From NCBI RefSeq assembly GCF_002803295.2, contig NZ_PGGB02000005.1:61969-93968 (forward strand): a DNA stretch of 32,000 nucleotides. The letters run 5' to 3'. Shown piece after piece: positions 9,395-18,002 of this stretch (its first letter is position 1; every line of letters starts with the position of its first letter). The position numbers and the translations under genes are program-made. The notes below the pieces were generated by a model. It did no database searches, was not told the origin of the DNA, and saw only the letters and a program-made list of their open reading frames with translations. The DNA comes from Caedibacter taeniospiralis. GTDB taxonomy: Bacteria; Pseudomonadota; Gammaproteobacteria; Francisellales; Francisellaceae.

Positions 9395-9510
9395 TAAGGG
9401 ATATCAAGTTTAATAAGATACCCATTTGACGGTAGTAGTAGGGTGGAGATCCCTAAACTTATGGGCTTTACGTCATTGTGAGCGAGGATATTGTCCCAAT
9501 GCCAAAAAGT

Positions 9511-9540
9511 CTGCAAAATAGTTTACGATGAGTATATAAT
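9511..9540 (+). promoter_or_regulatory. Candidate internal sigma70 promoter upstream of glgA (CTGCAA-18 nt-TATAAT)
   Basis: A perfect TATAAT lies at 9535-9540 and a weak -35 CTGCAA at 9511-9516, within the 178-nt glgB-glgA spacer. Pattern match only. Confidence 0.25.
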
Positions 9541-9572
9541 GCGGATCATTGAATTATCGATCAACCATCAAC

Positions 9573-11057
9573 ATGCCTAAGTGTTTAAATATTCTGTTTG
9601 CTTCATCTGAAGCGGTGCCTTTTATAAAAACGGGGGGCTTGGCAGATGTAAGCGGTAGTTTGCCAAAAGCGTTAAGTCACTTGGGTCTCGCGGTATCTGT
9701 TATTATTCCTGCGTATCGCGAGGTATTAGCAAGTGTGGTTGATGCAAAAGTGGTGAGTCAATTTAGCGTTTTTGGGTTTGGCAAAATCTATTACGTCAAA
9801 CTGATTGAAGCACGAGTTCCAATTCCAAGCACGTCGCTTACATTCTGGTTTATTGATATCCCAGAGCTATTTGATCGTCCCCATGGTATCTACTTAGCAG
9901 AGGATGGTAAAGACTGGTGGGATAATGGCGAACGTTTTGCCATATTTTCTAAAGCGGTTACTGAAGTCGCCATGAATAGAGTCAAGCTGGATTGGAAAGC
10001 AGATGTTGTGCATAGTAACGACTGGCAAACGGGAGTAATATCAGTTTTTCTTAAACTAGAAAAAAATTGCGCTAAAACCGTCTTTACGATTCATAACATG
10101 GCATATCAAGGCAGTTTTCCGTATGAAGTATTTAAAGCCATGAACCTGCCAGAGCACTGGTGGCATAAGGATGGATTGGAATTTTATGGTAATTTTTCCA
10201 TGCTCAAAGCAGGAATTTTATTTTCAGATATTGTCACAACGGTCAGTCCAACCTATGCAAAAGAAATATGTACGCCCAGGTTTGCTTATGGTCTTGAAGG
10301 GGTAATGCGTCGGTGTCAGCTTGAAGGTAAACTATTTGGGATTTTAAATGGAATAGATCAAGCCCATTGGAATCCGCAAAAGGATACACTCATTCCCTAT
10401 CGGTATTCTGCAAGCTATCGATTGATGGCAAATAAATTTAAAAATAAACAGGCTTTACTGTCAGCACTAGGTGTCGGTGGTGGTATTGTAAACCTTGAAG
10501 CGCCACTATTTGGGTTAGTTGGCAGGTTAATTGAGCAAAAGGGCATCGATTTAATTCTGAGTGTTGTGCCTGATTTACTGACCTACAGCAATGCAAATTT
10601 TGTGTTTCTTGGATCAGGTGATCATCATTTCGAGCACGCTATTAAGTTATTTGCAGAGCATTACCCTGATAGGGTTTTAGTACGCATTGGCTACGCTGAA
10701 AAGTTGGCACATATGATTGAAGCAGGGGCTGATCTGTTTTTGATGCCATCTCGTTTTGAACCCTGTGGACTCAACCAGCTCTATAGTTTGGCTTATGGCA
10801 CGCTACCGATCGTTCACCACACAGGCGGCTTGGCAGATACGGTTGTAAATGCAAGCACAGAAAATATAGCAAGAGGTACCGCAACTGGTTTTGTTTTTTA
10901 TGAGCCTACCGCGTATGCACTCAAAGAAACCATGTATTATGCTATCAGCCTTTTTGCTCAGAAAGAACGATGGAAGGGGATACAAAGAACGGCAATGGCT
11001 CAAAATTTGAGCTGGGAAAACAGTGCTAAAGCGTATTTGGATTTATATTGTTTGTAA
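9573..11057 (+). CDS. glgA: Glycogen synthase (GT5)
   Basis: Motifs ILFASSEAVPFIKTGGLADV (KTGGL), HSNDWQTG and PSRFEPCGLNQLY are present. The start is set at the ATG at 9573 (MPKCLNILF), giving 494 aa. The track start at 9549 is a TTG extension. Confidence 0.9.
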   Translation: MPKCLNILFASSEAVPFIKTGGLADVSGSLPKALSHLGLAVSVIIPAYREVLASVVDAKVVSQFSVFGFGKIYYVKLIEARVPIPSTSLTFWFIDIPELFDRPHGIYLAEDGKDWWDNGERFAIFSKAVTEVAMNRVKLDWKADVVHSNDWQTGVISVFLKLEKNCAKTVFTIHNMAYQGSFPYEVFKAMNLPEHWWHKDGLEFYGNFSMLKAGILFSDIVTTVSPTYAKEICTPRFAYGLEGVMRRCQLEGKLFGILNGIDQAHWNPQKDTLIPYRYSASYRLMANKFKNKQALLSALGVGGGIVNLEAPLFGLVGRLIEQKGIDLILSVVPDLLTYSNANFVFLGSGDHHFEHAIKLFAEHYPDRVLVRIGYAEKLAHMIEAGADLFLMPSRFEPCGLNQLYSLAYGTLPIVHHTGGLADTVVNASTENIARGTATGFVFYEPTAYALKETMYYAISLFAQKERWKGIQRTAMAQNLSWENSAKAYLDLYCL

Positions 11058-11075
11058 ACCTGACTATTCCAGAGT

Positions 11076-11100
11076 AGTCAGGTAAACCTGACTTATTTTT
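11076..11100 (+). terminator. Rho-independent terminator-like hairpin after glgA
   Basis: AGTCAGG (11076-11082) pairs with CCTGACT (11087-11093) around the loop TAAA, followed by TATTTTT (11094-11100). The left arm can alternatively pair with 11058-11066. Confidence 0.45.
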
Positions 11101-11118
11101 CAATAGTCACTAAGGTTA

Positions 11119-13641
11119 ATGGAGTTTTTATTAGAGGTAAAAAATATGGTAAAAAATACAGAAAAAGCTTCTCAGATCATGGCACAGGTTGAGAGCGAAG
11201 TTGATAGTAATAAAGAGCAAATTGCAAAAAGCTTTATCCATTACTTATACAATTCACTGGGTCGAGAAATCGATTCTAAGGCACATTATCTGGAGCATGC
11301 GCTTGTTTATACCATTCGCGATCGACTGATGATTAATTGGAAAAAAACAGAACAAAGATACGCTATCAAAAATTTGAGGAAAGGATACTATCTTTCCATG
11401 GAGTTTCTGATAGGACGTTCTTTGACCAATAGTCTGATCAATCTAGGATTGAAAGATATTACGCTTGCCGCCTTATATGATTTGGGTCTCAACTTTGAAG
11501 AAATTGAAGAGGCTGAGCATGATGCAGGGTTAGGCAATGGCGGTTTAGGAAGATTGGCCGCCTGCTTTATGGATAGTTGTGCCACATTGGCTTTGCCGGT
11601 TATGGGGTACGGATTGCGCTACGAATATGGAATGTTTAGGCAGCATATAAAAAATGGTTACCAGGTAGAAGAGCCTGATCAGTGGTTGCGCCATGGTTAC
11701 TACCCCTGGGGATTAATGCGTAGAGAATATACCAGGGTGGTTAAGTTTGGAGGTAGAACCGTTAAATCAGTTCACCCTGACACAGGACGGCTCATGGTGA
11801 AATGGGAAGATACTTGCCCCGTATTGGCTGTGCCATTTGATGTTCCTGTACCTGGATTTAGCAATAATGTTGTCAATACCTTAAGATTATGGTCAGCGGC
11901 AGCCGTTGAAGCGTTTAATCTCAATGCGTTTAACGCAGGCTCATATGCCTCTTCGGTGGCAGAAAAAAATAATGCAGAAAGTATCACAATGGTACTTTAT
12001 CCAAATGATGCAAGTGAAAATGGTAAGGAATTACGTCTTAAACAGCAGTATTTCCTGGTGTCAGCAAGTCTTCAGGATATTGTTGTGCAATGGGCAGAGA
12101 AAAATAATAATGATTTTACTCAATTTGCTGAAAACAATACCTTTCAACTAAATGATACCCACCCAAGTCTTGCAATTGCAGAGTTAATGCGACTTTTAAT
12201 GGATGAGTATGAGTTAGAATGGCAGGATGCCTGGGAGATAACGAGCAAAACCATGGCGTATACTAACCATACTTTATTGCCTGAAGCATTAGAAAAGTGG
12301 CATGTTTCACTCTTTGAGCGCCTATTGCCACGCCTGTTGGAAGTTATTTATGAGATCAATAAGCGGTTTTTAAATGTCATTGAGCAGAAATGGTCAGACG
12401 ATATCAGTAAACAGCGCGAGCTATCTATCATTGACGAAGATAATATGGTGCGCATGGCACATTTAGCCATCGTAGGCAGTTATTCGGTAAATGGTGTCGC
12501 AGAGCTACATTCTCAGCTGTTAAAAGAGAGTTTGTTTAAAACGTTTTATGATTTATGGCCACAAAAATTTAATAACAAAACCAATGGCGTGACCCAAAGG
12601 CGCTGGCTGGCGGTTTGTAATCCTGAGCTTAAACAGTTATTGGAGGATAAAATTGGAGGGGATTGGATTGTAAATCTTGATGAGTTAAAAAAAATAGAAG
12701 CATTTGCAGAGGAGAGTGCATTTTGCGAGCGCTGGGAGAAAGTCAGACTTGCTAATAAAAAACGTTTAGCTAATTACATTAAAAAAGAAACCGGAGTGGA
12801 GTTTGATCCCAGTGCGTTATTTGATGTTCAGGTAAAACGGATTCACGAATATAAGCGCCAGCTGTTAAATATTCTGCATGTTATTCATCTTTATAACAGG
12901 ATTAAAAGAGGGCAAACTCAACATTGGACTAATCGCTGTGTGATTATTGGCGGCAAAGCAGCGCCAGGTTATTACATGGCAAAGCTTATTATTAAGTTGA
13001 TCAATAATGTGGCAGATAGGATTAACCATGATTTAGAAGTTGGGGATAAGCTTAAGGTTGTTTTTCTGCCAAATTACAGCGTTTCAGCAATGGAAGTGAT
13101 TTGTGCAGGAACAGATTTATCCGAGCAAATTTCTACAGCAGGCAAAGAAGCTTCAGGCACGGGTAATATGAAGTTTATGATGAATGGTGCGATCACCATT
13201 GGCACGCTCGATGGTGCTAATGTTGAAATATTAGAGGAAGTGGGTAACGAGAATTTTTTTCTCTTTGGATTAAAAACAGCTGAGGTTTCTGCGCTGCGCA
13301 AACATTACAACCCTGAGCACTTTATCCAAAATAATAACGACCTTAAACAAGTGATGGATAGGCTTGAGTCTGGATTTTTTAATGAAGAAGAACCGAATAT
13401 TTTTGACAGCATCATAGGTTCATTAAAAAGCCCGTATGATCCCTGGATGACTTTAGCAGATTTTGCAGACTATCTACAGGCACAACAGCGGGCAGCGAAT
13501 ACCTTTCAAAATAAGGCGGGTTGGATAAAAATGAGCATCATAAACTGTGCGCGAAGCGGTCGTTTTTCATCAGATCGCACGATACGTCAATACAATGATG
13601 AAATATGGAAGCTAAGCCCCGTGGGTATAGACAAAACGTAG
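11119..13641 (+). CDS. glgP: Glycogen/maltodextrin phosphorylase (GT35)
   Basis: About 830 aa with the pyridoxal-phosphate lysine motif EASGTGNMKFMMNGA, plus GLGNGGLGRLAAC and TNHTLLPEALE. The ATG at 11146 (AGAGG 8 nt upstream) is an equally plausible start. Confidence 0.9.
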   Translation: MEFLLEVKNMVKNTEKASQIMAQVESEVDSNKEQIAKSFIHYLYNSLGREIDSKAHYLEHALVYTIRDRLMINWKKTEQRYAIKNLRKGYYLSMEFLIGRSLTNSLINLGLKDITLAALYDLGLNFEEIEEAEHDAGLGNGGLGRLAACFMDSCATLALPVMGYGLRYEYGMFRQHIKNGYQVEEPDQWLRHGYYPWGLMRREYTRVVKFGGRTVKSVHPDTGRLMVKWEDTCPVLAVPFDVPVPGFSNNVVNTLRLWSAAAVEAFNLNAFNAGSYASSVAEKNNAESITMVLYPNDASENGKELRLKQQYFLVSASLQDIVVQWAEKNNNDFTQFAENNTFQLNDTHPSLAIAELMRLLMDEYELEWQDAWEITSKTMAYTNHTLLPEALEKWHVSLFERLLPRLLEVIYEINKRFLNVIEQKWSDDISKQRELSIIDEDNMVRMAHLAIVGSYSVNGVAELHSQLLKESLFKTFYDLWPQKFNNKTNGVTQRRWLAVCNPELKQLLEDKIGGDWIVNLDELKKIEAFAEESAFCERWEKVRLANKKRLANYIKKETGVEFDPSALFDVQVKRIHEYKRQLLNILHVIHLYNRIKRGQTQHWTNRCVIIGGKAAPGYYMAKLIIKLINNVADRINHDLEVGDKLKVVFLPNYSVSAMEVICAGTDLSEQISTAGKEASGTGNMKFMMNGAITIGTLDGANVEILEEVGNENFFLFGLKTAEVSALRKHYNPEHFIQNNNDLKQVMDRLESGFFNEEEPNIFDSIIGSLKSPYDPWMTLADFADYLQAQQRAANTFQNKAGWIKMSIINCARSGRFSSDRTIRQYNDEIWKLSPVGIDKT

Positions 13642-13945
13642 CTACCCAGCAGGTCTAAAAATAAGCAGAAAATCGGATTTAAATCTGAATAACTTTGTTT
13701 GAAAAGCAGCTTCACAAAAGAGAATTGACTTATTTGTGAACATGATTGACTTTAAAACACTCTATTTCATGAGCATTTATCATGCTGCTAGGTAGTTACC
13801 AAAGAAGGTACTATCGGAGTTAAAAACCAGGTGCAAAAAGCATTGCAGGTGGCGTAAGGTGAATAGGAATAAGAGTTCTTAAAAAAACTTTCTTGGCAAC
13901 TTGGGGTAGTATCTCTCAGAAATCAGCAAAAGGATGTAACTCGAG

Positions 13946-15739
13946 CTATTGAGTAAGTGCTGCTTCTGCCACAGAGTGATTTGTCAATAAGTAGCGTTTA
14001 GGCGTTTGTGCTAATAGATATCCTTGGTAAGGTTTACCCTGTTTAAAATACGTATCATAGTTATCGTCATCGGTCATTACAAACACACGCTGATCACTTT
14101 GCCAGATAGGCCAAAATTGCGCAGCGGTTCTTAAAGTTTTATCCGCCCCTGAGTCTGGCATTTTCGCTGTATTGGCCAGCTCTCCCTCATTGGCAACAAT
14201 CCAGGTTAAACGATTTAAATAAAACTGAGCGTCATAATAATAACCACCATAGTTGGCAACGATGGCATTTGGATAGGTTTTTAACAATAACGCAACAATG
14301 TTTGTTAATGGCTTTACCGTTTTTTGGGCAAAATACTGCGAGCCAGACCAGCCTAAATTTAAAATAATCATCATCGCAAACACAAAGCACAACATCATTG
14401 CTTTGAGGTTGTTTTTTCTTAAGTAACCAAATCCAACAATCGTTGTGACCAGAGCCACTATTGCCCCTGGCCAATAGAATGCTGCAATTTCACTAAAGAA
14501 CATGGAAAAGTTTGAAATAAATGGCAACACCACAAAGGCAATGGCAATGATCAGGAAAAAAAACAGTGTGATTGCAACACTTGCCTTCGTCGATTTGCGC
14601 ATTTCAGGTTCATTGAGAAGCTTATCAACGCGGCGTGCGATCAAGATGGCAAATGGCGTAATGATTGGAATTAAATAACCCATGAGTATTGATTTTGAGA
14701 AAGCAAAAAACAATAAAATCGCCATACCCCAAATAAATAAAAACCATTCATTTTCATGTTTTTTACGGTTTTCCCATTTCAGTAACACCGATGTGAATGC
14801 CTGTGGTAAAAAGCCAAACCAAGGGAAAAAGCCGATGATAAAAATTCCAGCATAGACAAACTTACTCATCTGTCGCCCCTGCTCATCGGTGGCATAGCGC
14901 AAAATCTGTTGCACGATCACGTAGTAATAGAAAAACTCAGGATGCTGGTTATTCACTGCAATAACCCATGGTGCTGAAATTATTGTAACAATAACCAAAC
15001 CAAGGTAAAGACGGTAATCAAGTAACAGCCTATATTTTCCAACAACGATTGCCCATAGCCCAATAATCATCATTGGAAATACAATACCAATAAGACCTTT
15101 GGTCATTACTGCAAGCCCAGAAAAAATAAAGGCATTCAATAACCAAAGATGTGCTTGCCAGCTCTTTTGAGCATATTGTCTTGATGCCCAGAAGGACAGC
15201 ATTGTGATCGTCAGAAAAAATGCAATGCCGGCATCCAGATTGAGATAGCGACCACCACCTAAATATAAAATTGAGGTTCCCGTAATCAAAGCCGCCCAGA
15301 ATGACACACGCCTTTTTTGGTAGACGATGCGGCAAACAATATAAACAAACCACACCCCAATAATCGATAACACAGGATTTGGCAGTCTTGCTGCCCAGAT
15401 ATTAAAACCAAAAATTTTTAAGGACAACGCCGTCAACCAGTAGATCATTGGCGGTTTTTCAAAATAAATAACCCCATCCAGGTGCGGCACGATGTATTCG
15501 TGATTGACAAGCATCTCACGTGCGATTTCAGCATAACGCCCTTCATCCGGGGTAAACAGCACGGGTACGCCATAAAGGCATAAAGCAATTGCCATGATAA
15601 TAGTCACTATTAATAAATCACACCAAAATATTCGATCCATTTGCCAACGAAGGCGACTCATCTTTTTTTCCATCATATCTACGACCAATGTTTTAAGCTG
15701 GCAAGAGTATACCATCAGTGTGCCATTTTGCAGATTCAA
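13946..15739 (-). CDS. Family-39 glycosyltransferase (ArnT/PMT_2-like undecaprenyl-phosphate-sugar-dependent lipid A/LPS-modifying transferase)
   Basis: Polytopic protein with 12 or more TM helices and the periplasmic-loop signature PDEGRYAEIAREML shortly after TM1, as in ArnT-type enzymes. The true start is probably an internal ATG at 15676 or 15661. Confidence 0.75.
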   Translation of the reverse strand: MNLQNGTLMVYSCQLKTLVVDMMEKKMSRLRWQMDRIFWCDLLIVTIIMAIALCLYGVPVLFTPDEGRYAEIAREMLVNHEYIVPHLDGVIYFEKPPMIYWLTALSLKIFGFNIWAARLPNPVLSIIGVWFVYIVCRIVYQKRRVSFWAALITGTSILYLGGGRYLNLDAGIAFFLTITMLSFWASRQYAQKSWQAHLWLLNAFIFSGLAVMTKGLIGIVFPMMIIGLWAIVVGKYRLLLDYRLYLGLVIVTIISAPWVIAVNNQHPEFFYYYVIVQQILRYATDEQGRQMSKFVYAGIFIIGFFPWFGFLPQAFTSVLLKWENRKKHENEWFLFIWGMAILLFFAFSKSILMGYLIPIITPFAILIARRVDKLLNEPEMRKSTKASVAITLFFFLIIAIAFVVLPFISNFSMFFSEIAAFYWPGAIVALVTTIVGFGYLRKNNLKAMMLCFVFAMMIILNLGWSGSQYFAQKTVKPLTNIVALLLKTYPNAIVANYGGYYYDAQFYLNRLTWIVANEGELANTAKMPDSGADKTLRTAAQFWPIWQSDQRVFVMTDDDNYDTYFKQGKPYQGYLLAQTPKRYLLTNHSVAEAALTQ

Positions 15740-15773
15740 TCATCAGGAAATAAGTTACCGCCTACTTTTACAA

Positions 15774-15793
15774 GGGCGTATTGCAATACGCCC
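15774..15793. repeat. 20-bp perfect palindrome GGGCGTATTGCAATACGCCC
   Basis: The sequence is an exact self-reverse-complement. It lies in the 204-nt spacer between the glnA stop and the GT39 gene start. Confidence 0.9.
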
Positions 15794-15891
15794 CTACGCC
15801 ATCTACCATCATCAGCGAAGATATTGTCCCATGCCTGAAATTTCAAGTGGCGAGTACATGAGCAGTTTATGCTCTCCAAGACAGGCTTCGC

Positions 15892-15911
15892 CCCCTTCAC
15901 AAGTGAAGGGG
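15892..15911 (-). terminator. GC-rich hairpin 33 nt downstream of glnA (possible terminator or 3'-UTR structure)
   Basis: CCCCTTCA pairs with TGAAGGGG (8 bp, 4-nt loop). No clear U-tract follows on the minus-strand transcript, so a terminator function is uncertain. Confidence 0.3.
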
Positions 15912-15943
15912 AATTTAGCGCCCACGAATTTGGAATGGGTCCG

Positions 15944-17356
15944 TTACAGGCTATAATACATCTGAAACTCAATTGGATGCGGCGCCATATTTAACTTCTG
16001 GACTTCCTCCATTTTAAGATCTATATAAGCATCAATAATATCATCAGAAAACACGCCACTTGCCGTTAAAAATTCACGATCCTGATCAAGCGCAGTTAGC
16101 GCTTCCTCAAGGGAGCCTGCTACGGTTGGAATATCATACAACTCCTCAGGTGGCAAGTTGTATAAGTTTTTATCCATTGCCTCGCCTGGATGAATTTTAT
16201 TTTTGATCCCATCAAGCCCTGCCATCACCATGGCTGAAAACGCTAAGTATGGGTTTGCCATTGGATCGACGAAACGCACTTCTATACGACGCGCTTTTTC
16301 ACTATTAACAAAAGGGATACGAATAGATGCCGAGCGATTGCGTGCGGAATAAGCAAGTAATACAGGTGCTTCAAATCCAGGAACCAGGCGCTTGTAACTA
16401 TTGGTCGATGGATTACAGAATGCGTTTAATGCCTTTGCGTGTTTGATAATACCGCCTATGTAGTAAAGTGCTTCTTCTGAGAGTCCAGCGTAACCATTAC
16501 CTGCAAACAGATTCTTGCCATTTTTTGATAAGGATTGGTGCACGTGCATCCCAGAGCCGTTATCTCCTGGAATAGGTTTTGGCATAAAAGTTGCACTCTT
16601 GCCGTAAGCATTAGCCACATTGTGCACTACGTATTTGAATACCTGCGTCTGATCTGCTTTATCGACCAGCGTTGAAAACTTGGTTCCAATTTCACACTGC
16701 CCCGCTGTCGCTACTTCATGATGGTGAACCTCAACCTTCTGTCCAAGCTCTTCTAAAACTGAGCACATTTCTGAGCGAATATCTTGCAATGAATCCACTG
16801 GCGGCACGGGGAAATAACCGCCTTTAACACCTGGTTTATGTCCATTGTTAAGACCATTGGCAAAATCATTTGTGCTCCATGCAGCTTCATGACTCCTGAT
16901 TTTGTATTCAGAGCCTTCCATATCTGATTTATAAGTGACATTGTCAAAAATGAAAAACTCAGGCTCTGGACCAAAAAATGCCGTGTCGGCAATCCCTGTT
17001 GATTTAATATAGGTTTCACATCTTTTTGCAATCGAACGCGGATCGCGATCATAAGCCTGCATCGTTGCGGGCTCCAGAATGTTGCAGCGAATGATCAAAG
17101 TCGGCGCGTCAAAAAATGGATCGACAAGCATCGCTGAAGCATCAGGCATTAAAATCATATCCGACTCATTTATCCCTTTCCAGCCTTCAATTGATGAGCC
17201 ATCAAACATTTTGCCATCATTGAAAAAATCGTCATCCACAGCATGCACGGGAATGGTGACGTGTTGTTCCTTACCTTTAGTATCTGTGAATCGAAGATCG
17301 ACAAACTCGATTCCATATTCACTCACCATGGCTTGATAATGTGTAAAGTCAGACAT
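15944..17356 (-). CDS. glnA: Glutamine synthetase type I
   Basis: 470 aa containing [27 protein letters not shown] and an adenylylation-site-like [12 protein letters not shown]. Confidence 0.95.
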   Translation of the reverse strand: MSDFTHYQAMVSEYGIEFVDLRFTDTKGKEQHVTIPVHAVDDDFFNDGKMFDGSSIEGWKGINESDMILMPDASAMLVDPFFDAPTLIIRCNILEPATMQAYDRDPRSIAKRCETYIKSTGIADTAFFGPEPEFFIFDNVTYKSDMEGSEYKIRSHEAAWSTNDFANGLNNGHKPGVKGGYFPVPPVDSLQDIRSEMCSVLEELGQKVEVHHHEVATAGQCEIGTKFSTLVDKADQTQVFKYVVHNVANAYGKSATFMPKPIPGDNGSGMHVHQSLSKNGKNLFAGNGYAGLSEEALYYIGGIIKHAKALNAFCNPSTNSYKRLVPGFEAPVLLAYSARNRSASIRIPFVNSEKARRIEVRFVDPMANPYLAFSAMVMAGLDGIKNKIHPGEAMDKNLYNLPPEELYDIPTVAGSLEEALTALDQDREFLTASGVFSDDIIDAYIDLKMEEVQKLNMAPHPIEFQMYYSL

Positions 17357-17501
17357 ACTGATAACGCTCCTTGAGATTTTGGTTAATGGTTTTGCCGCGT
17401 TCTATTCTATCAGAGTTTTTTTGCAAAATTTAGCAAGATTTTCAAGGAAAAGTTATCTCCTTTACGGTATGCTAAACGGCAGAATGGTACTAGGTTTGGA
17501 A

Positions 17502-17996
17502 ATGATCGTGATAGATCAAGAAGGTTTCAGAGCAAATGTGGCGATCATCATTCTAAATGATCAAAACAAAGTGTTCTGGGGTCGTCGTGTAAACCAAAGT
17601 TCATGGCAATTTCCACAAGGAGGATTGAACTCCGGCGAAACGCCAATTGAAGCAATGTATCGCGAACTCAAAGAGGAGGTTGGTTTGATGCCTTATGATG
17701 TCGAGGTCATTGCTGCAACAAGAACATGGTTGCGATATCGACTTCCCAGATTTTTAATTAGAAGAAATTGTCCTTTGTGTATTGGTCAAAAACAGAAATG
17801 GTTTCTGCTCAGACTTAAATCACCCGAGAGTGCTATTAATCTTAATGCAAACATCAAACCCGAGTTTGATGAGTGGCGTTGGGTAAACTATTGGTATCCA
17901 ACAGGCAAAGTTGTCGCTTTTAAGCGTCATGTCTACCAAAAGGCGCTGGAGCATTTTTTCCCAGTGCTTAAAAATTTTTCACAAGAGCAAGAGTAA
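17502..17996 (+). CDS. rppH: RNA pyrophosphohydrolase (Nudix)
   Basis: The sequence [19 protein letters not shown]...SWQFPQGG is colinear with enterobacterial RppH. The Nudix box is [23 protein letters not shown]. The start is the ATG at 17502; the track start at 17379 is an extension. Confidence 0.9.
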   Translation: MIVIDQEGFRANVAIIILNDQNKVFWGRRVNQSSWQFPQGGLNSGETPIEAMYRELKEEVGLMPYDVEVIAATRTWLRYRLPRFLIRRNCPLCIGQKQKWFLLRLKSPESAINLNANIKPEFDEWRWVNYWYPTGKVVAFKRHVYQKALEHFFPVLKNFSQEQE

Positions 17997-18002
17997 GCTA
18001 AG

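Noticed and set aside
15594-15972. Three overlapping ORFs (120, 65 and 78 aa) in the glnA-GT39 spacer.
   Set aside because: They are mutually overlapping in different frames, span the palindromes and hairpins, and have low-complexity Arg/Ser/Pro-rich translations with no start context. The region is treated as non-coding.
17357-17501. Search for a sigma54 (TGGCAC-N5-TTGCA) promoter and NtrC sites in the glnA-rppH divergent region.
   Set aside because: No GG-N10-GC element with acceptable flanks was found on the glnA strand. Only weak sigma70-like hexamers with wrong spacing are present, so nothing supportable can be reported.
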